This document shows, piece after piece, positions 16,380 through 25,235 of a DNA stretch of 35,182 nt (positions within the stretch are counted from its first letter, which is position 1; every line of letters begins with the position of its first letter). The notes below the pieces were generated by a model. It made no database searches, was not told the DNA's origin, and saw nothing but the letters and a program-made list of their open reading frames with translations. The DNA is from a virus, in the IMG/VR virus record IMGVR_UViG_3300020125_000277, positions 1 to 35,182 of that record; one strand, given 5' to 3'. Position numbers and translations under genes: made by a program.

Positions 16380-18431
16380 CTAAATAATATGAGCATCAAT
16401 CTGATATCCGATACCCAATATCTGAAGATCAAAAGGTGCACTCTGTATAATATCAAAAGTTTGAAACCGATCATATCCATTTACTGGATCAATAATGGCC
16501 GTATCTGTTTGCGGTGTCAAAGGAAGACCTGCTTGTATATCTGCAAAGTTTTGATAAGGTACTAGCATACCATTTACCGAGAAATCTAAACTTTGGTAAT
16601 AATCTACATAGATTTTTGTAATCTGCTTAAAATGATAGACACGCTCATCACCAGCAAACAAAAACATAGGCGTTAATTTAACAGGATAAAGAAATCCAAC
16701 TTGTACTTCACCAAAAAAAGCATTTGGATTAAATGCCTGTATCGTACCACCAGATACCAAATATTCACCAAAATCTTGATTATTAAATACTACTTGTACG
16801 GTATATCCATCAAATTGATCTAACTCTGTAATTGTTCCATCAGTTGCCATAAACTGATTAATGTAACTATCAATTTTTTGCACATCATCAAATATTTCTA
16901 TCGAATAATTTCCAGTCAAGGTAAAATATTTGACCATATATACAATATTATTTACAGTAACAATCGATAACACTTTAACTGTAGGATTATCATTTGAATC
17001 CGTTTGAAATTGAATTGGCGTTAATGCTGCTAAACCTTGTTCTTGTACAAACTGAAAGGATGTTAAAGTGCTATCCGGATTCAAGAAATAGATAAAGTTA
17101 TCTTGAGATACACTATTACCTCGTTGCAAAGCTCTACCTGTAGGATTTTTTACCAAATGTTGTGAAACTGCTGACACATTCTTTGCAACATAAGCTAATC
17201 CAACGCCATCAAAATGAAAGTTAATGATTGAATTACCAGTCTTATTTAAATAATACGAATCATTAATATAACTTGTTGGCTTAAGATTTGGCGAAGCCCC
17301 ATAAGAGGTCTGCTGTCTAATAGAGAAATTACTAGGTGTAATACCAGAATTAACATCTTGAGGACAAACAAACTCAAAGTTTTCTGTATATACCTCAAAT
17401 TGTTTGCCACCATTCATCCAAAGAATAGAGCCCGTATTTGTTTGGCCAATCGCATATATAATTGCATCTGTATCAAATCCAGTTCCAACATCAAAATTTA
17501 CTGGTTGGTTTATTTGTGATCCAAACAAAGTAGTAGGCAATGCTGGAGTAGATGCTAACCACAAACGATTTTGATAAAACATCACATTACTAGGATACCC
17601 ACGGTTAAATGTATCAGCAGTAGTTAAGAACGCGGGCTTTCTCACAGAATACTGATCACCACGGTTGGACAAAGGTACGCTAATGGCTACCCTCACGATT
17701 CCGGTGAAATCAATAGTCCCAGCTCCGCCCGCCTGGGTGACGCTATCTACAATGTAGTAACCCAATGGTGAAGTGGCATTCGTACCTGCCGCTATAATCT
17801 GTCCACCAACCCAGGCTTGTGCTGCTGCAAGGCCGCCAAAATCCACGCTGAAACGCAATGTAATAGAGGTACCCACCACACCCGTTGGGCCTCCAATAGC
17901 CGTAACGGTTGCAGTATTATAGTTTATATCCCCAAAGTCATAGGCTGGAAGCGGTGCTATTTGTAGGACTTGATAAGTAAACGTTGGAGAAGGTGAATAA
18001 CTGCTGATGTAAATACGTGCAACCGGATACTTGGCATGAACTAAAACAATAGAATCATTGTCCAAAGTATAATCAATCACTTTTAAATCAGCGCTCACAT
18101 AAGGTGTAACCACTTGTGGAAATGCTAATAGACTGCCATCGGATTGCACTTGGTAGACATTAAAAGCAAGATTGGTGGAAACCAAAATATAATAGTTATG
18201 CTGGTTATCTAAGAACTCATAAGCTTCTGAATTAGGATCTGCATTAGCCGTAATGTCTAATAAGAACTTGGTACCACGTCGCTTCTTTGCTAAGGAAGTG
18301 GTTCCAGTCTCCATGTTAAGCATAGCTTGTGCAGCAGACATGTAAGCATCAGGATTATCGGTTCTTTTCCAAGTAATAGTGTCGACTTCCCCAGTCGTAA
18401 AGCGTGTCTGTCTGACAGGGATGGTTGCCAT
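16380..18431 (-). CDS. Tail tubular protein B / nozzle (T7 gp12-like, 683 aa)
   Basis: Size, position after the gp11-like gene, and an N-terminal pattern (..G.....N......G..KRRGT.F....) reminiscent of gp12-type proteins. Confidence 0.65.
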   Translation of the reverse strand: MATIPVRQTRFTTGEVDTITWKRTDNPDAYMSAAQAMLNMETGTTSLAKKRRGTKFLLDITANADPNSEAYEFLDNQHNYYILVSTNLAFNVYQVQSDGSLLAFPQVVTPYVSADLKVIDYTLDNDSIVLVHAKYPVARIYISSYSPSPTFTYQVLQIAPLPAYDFGDINYNTATVTAIGGPTGVVGTSITLRFSVDFGGLAAAQAWVGGQIIAAGTNATSPLGYYIVDSVTQAGGAGTIDFTGIVRVAISVPLSNRGDQYSVRKPAFLTTADTFNRGYPSNVMFYQNRLWLASTPALPTTLFGSQINQPVNFDVGTGFDTDAIIYAIGQTNTGSILWMNGGKQFEVYTENFEFVCPQDVNSGITPSNFSIRQQTSYGASPNLKPTSYINDSYYLNKTGNSIINFHFDGVGLAYVAKNVSAVSQHLVKNPTGRALQRGNSVSQDNFIYFLNPDSTLTSFQFVQEQGLAALTPIQFQTDSNDNPTVKVLSIVTVNNIVYMVKYFTLTGNYSIEIFDDVQKIDSYINQFMATDGTITELDQFDGYTVQVVFNNQDFGEYLVSGGTIQAFNPNAFFGEVQVGFLYPVKLTPMFLFAGDERVYHFKQITKIYVDYYQSLDFSVNGMLVPYQNFADIQAGLPLTPQTDTAIIDPVNGYDRFQTFDIIQSAPFDLQILGIGYQIDAHII

Positions 18432-18440
18432 GAATATTCC

Positions 18441-19016
18441 TCAAATGAATACTTGTCTATCAAAGTCATTGTATGGAAGCGTCTGAACTTGTCTTTCCAT
18501 ATCATTGAATAGTATAGCGTCATCTCGGCAATCTTCATACTTTTTGAGCAAGTAACTTGCAAGCTTTTCATTGTTTGTTAGAACATAAGCACTATCAGAT
18601 GCAGCAAACAGCGCAAGAGCCCTATAGAATAGAGGTGTAATCACATCATATGGAACTGTATTAATTATGTAGTAGAAGGCTACAGGCCGTACATCAATCT
18701 GCAAAAGCCCATCTACAAATTGGTATGCCAATGGAAATGTATTGGTAGAGAACTTAAAAAACTTTCCATAATCAGCAGGCAATTGATACGTAAATTGATA
18801 ATCTGGTGAAAAATTGCTTGTCAAAGGAGTATTGTTAAATATGTATTTGACTGCGAAATTCCAAGGAGCAGAGGCAAGTAACACGGGTAACAACACTTGT
18901 AACTTATTATCTATAATCTGTGCTTTCTGGTTATCAGTAACTGCTGTTACCGGCGGTATACCCAATTCAGAAAGAGCGTAATTGACCACATCAAGTTCAC
19001 TGCCTGGTAATGACAT
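18441..19016 (-). CDS. Tail tubular protein A / adaptor (T7 gp11-like, 191 aa)
   Basis: SELDVVNYALSELGIPPVTAV...APWNFA resembles the gp11 N-terminus (iN..L..iG..pv). The start was re-called to ATG 19016, which has GGAGA upstream. The tracked start at 19022 is TTG. Confidence 0.65.
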   Translation of the reverse strand: MSLPGSELDVVNYALSELGIPPVTAVTDNQKAQIIDNKLQVLLPVLLASAPWNFAVKYIFNNTPLTSNFSPDYQFTYQLPADYGKFFKFSTNTFPLAYQFVDGLLQIDVRPVAFYYIINTVPYDVITPLFYRALALFAASDSAYVLTNNEKLASYLLKKYEDCRDDAILFNDMERQVQTLPYNDFDRQVFI

Positions 19017-19038
19017 GGCCAATCTCCAATTATATTAC

Positions 19039-19707
19039 TTATACCACTCTAACATAAGATATAGTTAAAGTTAGTGATCCTGCACTATAGTCTGCACTAC
19101 CACCAGAATAAACTGCATATAATGGTTGTGAAACAACTGTAAGCGTATCCATAGGAGCGCTAGCAGGAAATGGTAATGCTGTACTACCCCACGCTGAGTT
19201 TGTCAGAGCCTGCATTGTGGCAGCAGGAACCACTGAATACACCGTAGTGCCATCTGTGATACCCATAAGCCTGTCTCCACCACCACCACTGAAGTTTGTT
19301 CCTCCAGAGTTCAGGAACATATTCAGAATCTGATATTGAGCACCTGTAACTCCGGCAAATATTTGTGCATGTCCAGCCGTTGCTAATTGTGTATGTGTAA
19401 TTACCACATTTGCCCGCTGAGGAGCACCTACAATATTTGCCGCTGGTTGTAATACCAAATTCAGATTAGGTGTAGAAAACACCACTTGAAATAAACCAGG
19501 AGTTGCCGTAATTTGTGCTGGCAATACAGTTGTATCTGCATAGTTAATCCAAATATAGTCATTGTTTTTTACGATATGACTTAGATCATTTAGATAACCA
19601 GCAGTTGTAATTGTTCCTAAACTATCTGCTGTAGATGCAACAAAATGTGAAGGCGCTGTCCCTTGAATACCGTCGCTCATTTTACCTAACGTTAAAAAAT
19701 TACTCAT
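19039..19707 (-). CDS. Hypothetical structural protein after the capsid gene (222 aa; possible decoration or head fiber)
   Basis: Start re-called to ATG 19707 (GGAGAAATAAG-ATG), because the tracked TTG at 19740 would overlap the capsid gene. No motif recognised. Confidence 0.45.
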   Translation of the reverse strand: MSNFLTLGKMSDGIQGTAPSHFVASTADSLGTITTAGYLNDLSHIVKNNDYIWINYADTTVLPAQITATPGLFQVVFSTPNLNLVLQPAANIVGAPQRANVVITHTQLATAGHAQIFAGVTGAQYQILNMFLNSGGTNFSGGGGDRLMGITDGTTVYSVVPAATMQALTNSAWGSTALPFPASAPMDTLTVVSQPLYAVYSGGSADYSAGSLTLTISYVRVV

Positions 19708-19723
19708 CTTATTTCTCCAATAA

Positions 19724-20611
19724 TTAAGGATTAGCAGCAAACGGTGTATTAGCGGTTAAGAATGCAATACCGTTATACTGAATAATTAATGCACCAGAAG
19801 TAAGAATCGTCAACAATTCCCAACGGTCTTGATTCTGAACCCAAGTGATCGATGTCATAATATCTCGGTTATAACTCTGTACGATTGCATCTTTGTGTAC
19901 CATAGGAACGAGGTATTGGTTAACTCCACCGCCAATTGCAGTACTTGGGATTTTATTAATACCATTCTCACCTAAAAAGCGGCAATCTACGCCAAGGTAG
20001 GATTGAAGCTTGTTATCTACCAAAGGCTTGTGGTCAACAAAGAAGAAGTTCGTTACTTGTTGGTCATTGTAGAGTGATTTGCGAAGCAATGCCGAAGCCC
20101 ACATACTAACCTGATGATCCATTACATCCACACCTTGGCTTTCTAAGTAGGATAATGCATCAGCCATTTTTCCTTCATTGATACCGGTATTAACGCCAAC
20201 GGTAACAGGAACGGTATAGATTGTGCTTACGTTTGGATCTGAGTAGATAGCATTGATCTTAATGAAGTCATCCAGTCGAGCAGCAGCAAGAGCATGTAAC
20301 TTAGCGTGATCAACGATCTTATCGAAGTTGAACAATGTTTTTTCACCACCACCGATAACGGTTTTTAAATGGTAGTCATTGGTGAGTACTGCACGGTTTG
20401 TTTCATTAACGGTTGTGATTGGGATGTCTGTAGGTGCAAAGCTGCCTTCAGTCATTTCAATCAAATCGGAAACAGGAACGTTTAACGTAGTACCCGTTGT
20501 GCCATGACGTTCATCAATGGTGTTATTTAATCGAAGATGATTCTGATACTTTAATGTGACTTGTGTGTCGAACAACTGCATCGCAGTCGCAATGTTAATA
20601 TCTATACCCAT
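19724..20611 (-). CDS. Major capsid protein (295 aa)
   Basis: Position after the scaffold gene, size, and composition typical of HK97-fold podophage capsids. Start re-called to ATG 20611, with GGAG 6 nt upstream. Confidence 0.8.
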   Translation of the reverse strand: MGIDINIATAMQLFDTQVTLKYQNHLRLNNTIDERHGTTGTTLNVPVSDLIEMTEGSFAPTDIPITTVNETNRAVLTNDYHLKTVIGGGEKTLFNFDKIVDHAKLHALAAARLDDFIKINAIYSDPNVSTIYTVPVTVGVNTGINEGKMADALSYLESQGVDVMDHQVSMWASALLRKSLYNDQQVTNFFFVDHKPLVDNKLQSYLGVDCRFLGENGINKIPSTAIGGGVNQYLVPMVHKDAIVQSYNRDIMTSITWVQNQDRWELLTILTSGALIIQYNGIAFLTANTPFAANP

Positions 20612-20633
20612 GGTAATCTCCAAAATAGAGTCA

Positions 20634-20663
20634 ATAAAAGTTTAAGTACAATTTTATTGTCAA
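20634..20663 (-). promoter_or_regulatory. Candidate promoter for the capsid gene
   Basis: On the minus strand: TTGACA (20663-20658), 18-nt spacer, TTTTAT (20639-20634). The -35 is perfect and the -10 is weak. Confidence 0.3.
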
Positions 20664-20811
20664 CTACCAGGTTACCCGAGCGAAGCACGGAGCTGATATT
20701 AACGGATCTCTAGAAGGGTTACCCCTGCACGAAGTGTCGGGAGCCTTGTTCAAGATATGTCTATATTAATGTAATTGATTAATTAATGCAATAGGGTAAA
20801 CTGAAATGATT

Positions 20812-20855
20812 GGGGCTAGGCAATTTACTCGCAAGTTATTGCCATTGATAGCCCC
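20812..20855 (-). terminator. Long interrupted stem-loop 5 nt downstream of the scaffold stop (attenuator, terminator or mRNA-stabilising hairpin)
   Basis: GGGGCTA/TAGCCCC outer stem, GGCAAT/ATTGCC inner stem, ACT-cgca-AGT tip. The flanks are only moderately T-rich. Confidence 0.45.
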
Positions 20856-20860
20856 TTTGA

Positions 20861-21559
20861 TTACCTCTTTTCAAACCGAGCGTGACCGACATCTCTAGCT
20901 AATGAAATCATCTTCTCGCGTAGCTCGCGGTTATGAGGTTCGCGTTCATATTGTTTTGCGACATCACGCAGCTCTTTCTGACCATCATATTGTTCACCAC
21001 CGGTTGGCGCACCGCGTCCTACTCCTGGAGCTTGGGTGTTTAATCGTGCTTCTCTATCTTTCAATGCATCGTTCATGGCTGATTCATCCTTTAGTAATTT
21101 GTTTAGTACAACATCTTTCACGGAACTTGGATAGTATTTGTCAACATAGTCTGTCAAAAGATTGATCTTTTCATCACCTATTGATTTCTTTCTATCTTCA
21201 ATGAATCTTTTTTGTGCTTCAACATTCTCTGTTACTTTTGAATGCATTTCTGTTATTGTCTTTTCAAATTGCTTCTGACTCATCTCTGCGGTCTTAGCAA
21301 TGTGTTTCACTTCTTGAATATCTTCTTCTCGAAACGAAAGACCGTCTGGCACGGTATAGTCTTCAGGTGCCTTATAACTTTCCAGTTCTTTCTCAAGTTT
21401 CGATTTCTCAACAATCGCGGTAACACTATTGCCATATGCTTTCTCTAAATCTTCTACAGTCTTGTACTTTCCAGCATATAGTTTGGGTTCAGATACGATC
21501 TTCGATGAAATCGATGTCGGTTCTGTCGCGCTTACTGCGCTCTCTGTAGTTTCCGTCAT
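20861..21559 (-). CDS. Scaffolding protein (232 aa)
   Basis: Lies between portal and capsid. Highly charged and helical. GKYKTVEDLEKAY is typical of T7-like capsid assembly proteins. GGAG SD. Confidence 0.75.
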   Translation of the reverse strand: MTETTESAVSATEPTSISSKIVSEPKLYAGKYKTVEDLEKAYGNSVTAIVEKSKLEKELESYKAPEDYTVPDGLSFREEDIQEVKHIAKTAEMSQKQFEKTITEMHSKVTENVEAQKRFIEDRKKSIGDEKINLLTDYVDKYYPSSVKDVVLNKLLKDESAMNDALKDREARLNTQAPGVGRGAPTGGEQYDGQKELRDVAKQYEREPHNRELREKMISLARDVGHARFEKR

Positions 21560-21809
21560 TATATTTCTCCAGTAAGTGATTAACCATATTGATTATAAGC
21601 TTTATCTCACGCCATACAGACATCCTACCGGCATGAATTGCATATGAATTTTTTAAATTTAATAATTCTGGGGATTCAAGAAAAACAGCTTCTATCCTAT
21701 TATTTAAATAGGATTTTCCTAAATCATTAATTTCAAATAGGATATAAACATCATATTCATAAATTCCGATTGAACCATCAAGAAGAAGTGCTTTTAGATT
21801 ATCTGACAT
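21489..21809 (-). CDS. Hypothetical protein (106 aa) overlapping the scaffold start by 71 nt
   Basis: Start re-called to ATG 21809 (GAGGATAAT-ATG). No motif recognised. Confidence 0.45.
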   Translation of the reverse strand: MSDNLKALLLDGSIGIYEYDVYILFEINDLGKSYLNNRIEAVFLESPELLNLKNSYAIHAGRMSVWREIKLIINMVNHLLEKYNDGNYRERSKRDRTDIDFIEDRI

Positions 21810-21835
21810 ATTATCCTCGCAAGTTCCACATTGTA

Positions 21836-22018
21836 TCATGCCACATTACGAGTATTCCATTTCTTTTTTATGAACACAAAATCATTATCGTACATATGTA
21901 GCCTACATGTATCGCAATAGATAAGGTATTGCATTTCTTTTTTTCCATTGATTGTTTCTTCAAACTTATCTAACTTTACTGGATTATTACAGAATGGACA
22001 TGCTCTTAATATACTCAA
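21836..22018 (-). CDS. Lar-family-like zinc-ribbon protein (putative restriction alleviation)
   Basis: 60 aa. CPFC...(26)...CDTC plus the C-terminal KKKWNTR match the Lar-family pattern (CPFCG ... C..C ... WN.R). The TTG start overlaps the portal TGA (TTGA), with AGGTG 6 nt upstream. Confidence 0.55.
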   Translation of the reverse strand: MSILRACPFCNNPVKLDKFEETINGKKEMQYLIYCDTCRLHMYDNDFVFIKKKWNTRNVA

Positions 22019-23583
22019 AATAACACCTCTGATTGACGTGGTAATGGAACTTGTGAAGCACTTGTTGAAGGAGATGGCAATGCAGCTTGTTGTTGCATCT
22101 CTGCCATCAATTGTACAAGTTTAGACACCTGTTCTTCGTTTGCAAACAGTTTAGATTTAAGATTAAGAGCGTCTGTCAGGAATTTGTTTACTTCTGGAAG
22201 ATTAACAGTCGCCATGGCTGCCCCTTGGCCGAAGAATTGCTGCTTGATCTGCATGTTTGTCACGAAATGGCTCAAGTCATCGTTCTTCTGAATATCGGCT
22301 AGAGGACTCTGGAAGTCGAACCTAACCTGCCGTAGGTCAATAGATCCTATTCTACGATCCTTGGTAAGCAATCTACGGTCAGCAAGAATCTTAGCGGAGA
22401 CATAAAAGATCTGCTTAGAGCATTCATTGATCAAGCGGCTAATATCTGTGGAACTAGTACGCTGTGCACGGTTCTCTCTTATTGAGACTTCTGTAGCGCT
22501 GCGGATTGGGGCATTGATTTCTCCAAGAGGATCGATCTGAAATCCTATTTTGATTTGATCTTGGAGCTGTAGGATATGCTGCATCGTATCATTATAATTA
22601 GGCATCTGTAGGGCTTCAATAGGATTTCTTCCATTAGGCTTCCTAGCGATCATAGCACCTGCCCATTGCCTTACAGAGTAAGGATTAAAGTATTTATCAT
22701 CATCATAGAACATCGGAGGATACGCTTTGAAGGCTTGTGCTTTTCTATCATATTGGACGATCCTGTTAAGATCGATGATCGTAGGCAACATATCAATACC
22801 AATACCACGTCCCTCAGATTCTCCCGGACGTACGCGATCACGATAGATAATGATTTGAGGATAAGCCCTATCGGCTTCCCAAAGTGGTGTATAGGGATCT
22901 ATTTCAAGAACTGCATATAAGTAAAAACGGTCTTCGTCCATCTTTATTTGGCCGTAGACTACCATTACTTCTTTATCTGGTTCGCCTTGAAGCTTAGAGA
23001 TTTGCTTGCCTTTATACTTTGGAAATTCTTTTAGGACTTCACGACCAGTCATCTTGCACTGATACCAGCAAGTGTTCAATACATCATCAGTGCTGTACTC
23101 TACATACAAGGCAACAGATGGGATAGATCGAAAGTAAAGAGGGTCATCATCTGATTTAGATTCCACCCAAACAGCACCAGTTCCACCAACAAGATCAAGA
23201 TTAGAAGACGATATGACACGCGCCAGATTTGAGTGATTAATATAGAAAAGAATACGATCATTGACTTCATCCATTATAGGTTGTGAGGCATCTATATCTT
23301 CCTGGTCAAACAAATGAGGATCAAGTACTAACTTACCCCATACTCTATCTTTAGGCAATAGGAGGGCATGTAAATCATTAGCACGCTGATAGGCTGCCAA
23401 CATTGCCGTAGTGTCCCAGATTTGGCTAGTCGTAGGTTTACCATCATCACGATAGTTCCATTTCACATTAAAAGCATCACGGTCTGGAATGACATAGAAA
23501 TAAAGATCTTTATATAGGGCTAACCACCGATCTTTGTATTGTCGTGTCTCACCGTATCTCATCCACAGTGCATTAAAGTCCAT
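22015..23583 (-). CDS. Portal protein (522 aa)
   Basis: Size, position upstream of scaffold and capsid, and an acidic C-terminal region. Confidence 0.85.
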   Translation of the reverse strand: MDFNALWMRYGETRQYKDRWLALYKDLYFYVIPDRDAFNVKWNYRDDGKPTTSQIWDTTAMLAAYQRANDLHALLLPKDRVWGKLVLDPHLFDQEDIDASQPIMDEVNDRILFYINHSNLARVISSSNLDLVGGTGAVWVESKSDDDPLYFRSIPSVALYVEYSTDDVLNTCWYQCKMTGREVLKEFPKYKGKQISKLQGEPDKEVMVVYGQIKMDEDRFYLYAVLEIDPYTPLWEADRAYPQIIIYRDRVRPGESEGRGIGIDMLPTIIDLNRIVQYDRKAQAFKAYPPMFYDDDKYFNPYSVRQWAGAMIARKPNGRNPIEALQMPNYNDTMQHILQLQDQIKIGFQIDPLGEINAPIRSATEVSIRENRAQRTSSTDISRLINECSKQIFYVSAKILADRRLLTKDRRIGSIDLRQVRFDFQSPLADIQKNDDLSHFVTNMQIKQQFFGQGAAMATVNLPEVNKFLTDALNLKSKLFANEEQVSKLVQLMAEMQQQAALPSPSTSASQVPLPRQSEVLF

Positions 23584-23592
23584 AAAACAGCC

Positions 23593-23859
23593 TCATAGTC
23601 TTTCAAATAAGCGTGATGATAAATTACCCATGGTTTTCATTCTAGGCTTTTGCGGCCTTGAGTTTGAGGGTGCACTAGGAACTGCTGGAGGTGCCCATGT
23701 TTGGCCACGCTGAGCATTTAATATGTTTAATCGTTCGTTGAATACGGCCTTACGCTTTTGTTCTAGCTCAGCAGCTTGCATGTTCTGCTGTTCGTTAAGA
23801 AGCGCATCTTGACGTCGTTGCTGCTTACGTATTTCATTATCGTTACTTGAGTTATCCAC
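23593..23859 (-). CDS. Hypothetical Gln/Arg-rich protein (88 aa)
   Basis: Tightly packed upstream of the portal. Coiled-coil N-terminus and Pro-rich C-terminus. Confidence 0.5.
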   Translation of the reverse strand: MDNSSNDNEIRKQQRRQDALLNEQQNMQAAELEQKRKAVFNERLNILNAQRGQTWAPPAVPSAPSNSRPQKPRMKTMGNLSSRLFERL

Positions 23860-24268
23860 CAGATATACTCCATTCGTACAATATTCTATAGTTTGTTAAT
23901 CTATCATACTTTATCAATTTTTTAATCAAATGGGTAGGATTGAACGTTAATCCTACATCTATCCCTGATATATATCTGCACAATTCATTACAACTGCGTA
24001 TCCAAAGTGGTAACCATTTGTTTTCTGCTGGCCAATCTATAGTGACTGATATTATTTTAATCACATGCTTTAGGTTATGTAAGTGATGGATTAATCTTTT
24101 AGAATTTGTTATACGTAAAACACGAAGAGAAATCCCTTTCTTAGAAGTTTCCGCAAAGATGTAATCACGTCCATCATAGTAGATGAGGTTGCAGTGCTTA
24201 ATTCCGTTTGTTGTGTAACGAGAGGGCTTCTCTATTCCTTTATCGTAGAACAGGAAGATTGCTATCAT
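23852..24268 (-). CDS. Hypothetical protein with weak resemblance to permuted papain-like (YiiX/NlpC-P60-type) Cys/His hydrolases (138 aa)
   Basis: KHCNLIYYDGRDYIFAETSKKGI (His first) is followed by RSCNELCRYISGIDVG. This is reminiscent of the ..H.gi....iEa...G...CSElv motif order. The match is weak. Confidence 0.3.
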   Translation of the reverse strand: MIAIFLFYDKGIEKPSRYTTNGIKHCNLIYYDGRDYIFAETSKKGISLRVLRITNSKRLIHHLHNLKHVIKIISVTIDWPAENKWLPLWIRSCNELCRYISGIDVGLTFNPTHLIKKLIKYDRLTNYRILYEWSISGG

Positions 24269-24453
24269 TTCTTCCTGCTGATTTTGCGTAATGTTTTTGC
24301 GAGTACTGCACGCTTCTTTGTGGTTGCATTCTTTGAATGTAGGGCTTTCGCCAACTTCTTTGCTGGGATCTTTGCGCCTTTGGCTACGCCAAGGGCTTTC
24401 TTTAGTACACCCTTATGCTTGATTGCTTTTTGTATCCATTTTCGTACTGCCAT
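24265..24453 (-). CDS. Highly cationic small protein (62 aa, MAVRKWIQKAIKHKGVLKKALGVAKGAKIPAKKLAKALHSKNATTKKRAVLAKTLRKISRKK)
   Basis: Start re-called to ATG 24453, which has GAGGTGAT upstream. The tracked start at 24537 would overlap the lipase gene. Confidence 0.6.
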   Translation of the reverse strand: MAVRKWIQKAIKHKGVLKKALGVAKGAKIPAKKLAKALHSKNATTKKRAVLAKTLRKISRKK

Positions 24454-24479
24454 AATCACCTCTAAAAATAATGTTAAGT

Positions 24480-25235
24480 TTAACAAAGCGGTTGCGTATT
24501 TAACCACAAATTCATATACGATCCAATACGTCGACATATAGCAGACCGAATGGATGCATCACCCAAATAATCGTTAATGAAATTGTGACATGAAATATCA
24601 TGGCATTCCTTGATGTGTACATTTGCCGGTAATGGAGACTCCGGAAAGAGTCTTACCATATTTATTATCTTATCATTATCGGCTGTCACATAGAAAAAGG
24701 AATTACCCTCTCCCATACTAGTAGGAGTAGCAATACCGATTAGGGCTATTCTATCTTTTGGGAAACCTTCACCATTCACTAAGTAGTCATACAACTGATT
24801 AGCATATTGATTACCTTGCGAATGAGACACGATAAGCACATGCAAATCCGTACGATCTTTTGGAATTCTATTATGGAATTGATTCACCAGATCCGCCAAA
24901 TTCTTTCCAACATATCGAGTATTTAAAAGATAGTCTTCCAAAGTATTGGTGGGGTATTTCTTCTTATAAGCGGTGTAACTTAACCTTAAGCGTTCTTCTC
25001 TCTTTTGGTTTATGACGTCCCATACATCTGCCCGTACAAGCCCGTGCGTGGCATTATAGAGCACGTTCCACGTAATTGCTGATGAGTCTACGTCTACGAT
25101 ATCTTCGAGCTTGGATAGGTTTATTTCTGCTTGTGCAGGAGTGGTATTAACACCATTGATAAAGAATATAAAGAGTTGGTTAGCTCCAAAACAGACTGAG
25201 CATAGTAAGCAAAGCATTAGCATGAAATACTTCAT
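24480..25235 (-). CDS. Secreted alpha/beta-hydrolase, lipase/esterase-like (251 aa)
   Basis: N-terminal signal peptide MKYFMLMLCLLCSVCFGA. Nucleophile elbow LIVSHSQGN (GxSxG-type). Candidate acid TADND and His in CHDISCHNF. Confidence 0.6.
   Translation of the reverse strand: MKYFMLMLCLLCSVCFGANQLFIFFINGVNTTPAQAEINLSKLEDIVDVDSSAITWNVLYNATHGLVRADVWDVINQKREERLRLSYTAYKKKYPTNTLEDYLLNTRYVGKNLADLVNQFHNRIPKDRTDLHVLIVSHSQGNQYANQLYDYLVNGEGFPKDRIALIGIATPTSMGEGNSFFYVTADNDKIINMVRLFPESPLPANVHIKECHDISCHNFINDYLGDASIRSAICRRIGSYMNLWLNTQPLC

Noticed and set aside
5518-24541. Numerous 60-115-aa antisense or out-of-frame ORFs inside large structural genes (for example 5518..5727, 7610..7888, 13966..14274, 15235..15552, 20902..21165, 22666..22920, 24194..24541)
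   Set aside because: All are embedded in longer, functionally coherent genes on the other strand or frame. None has an SD.
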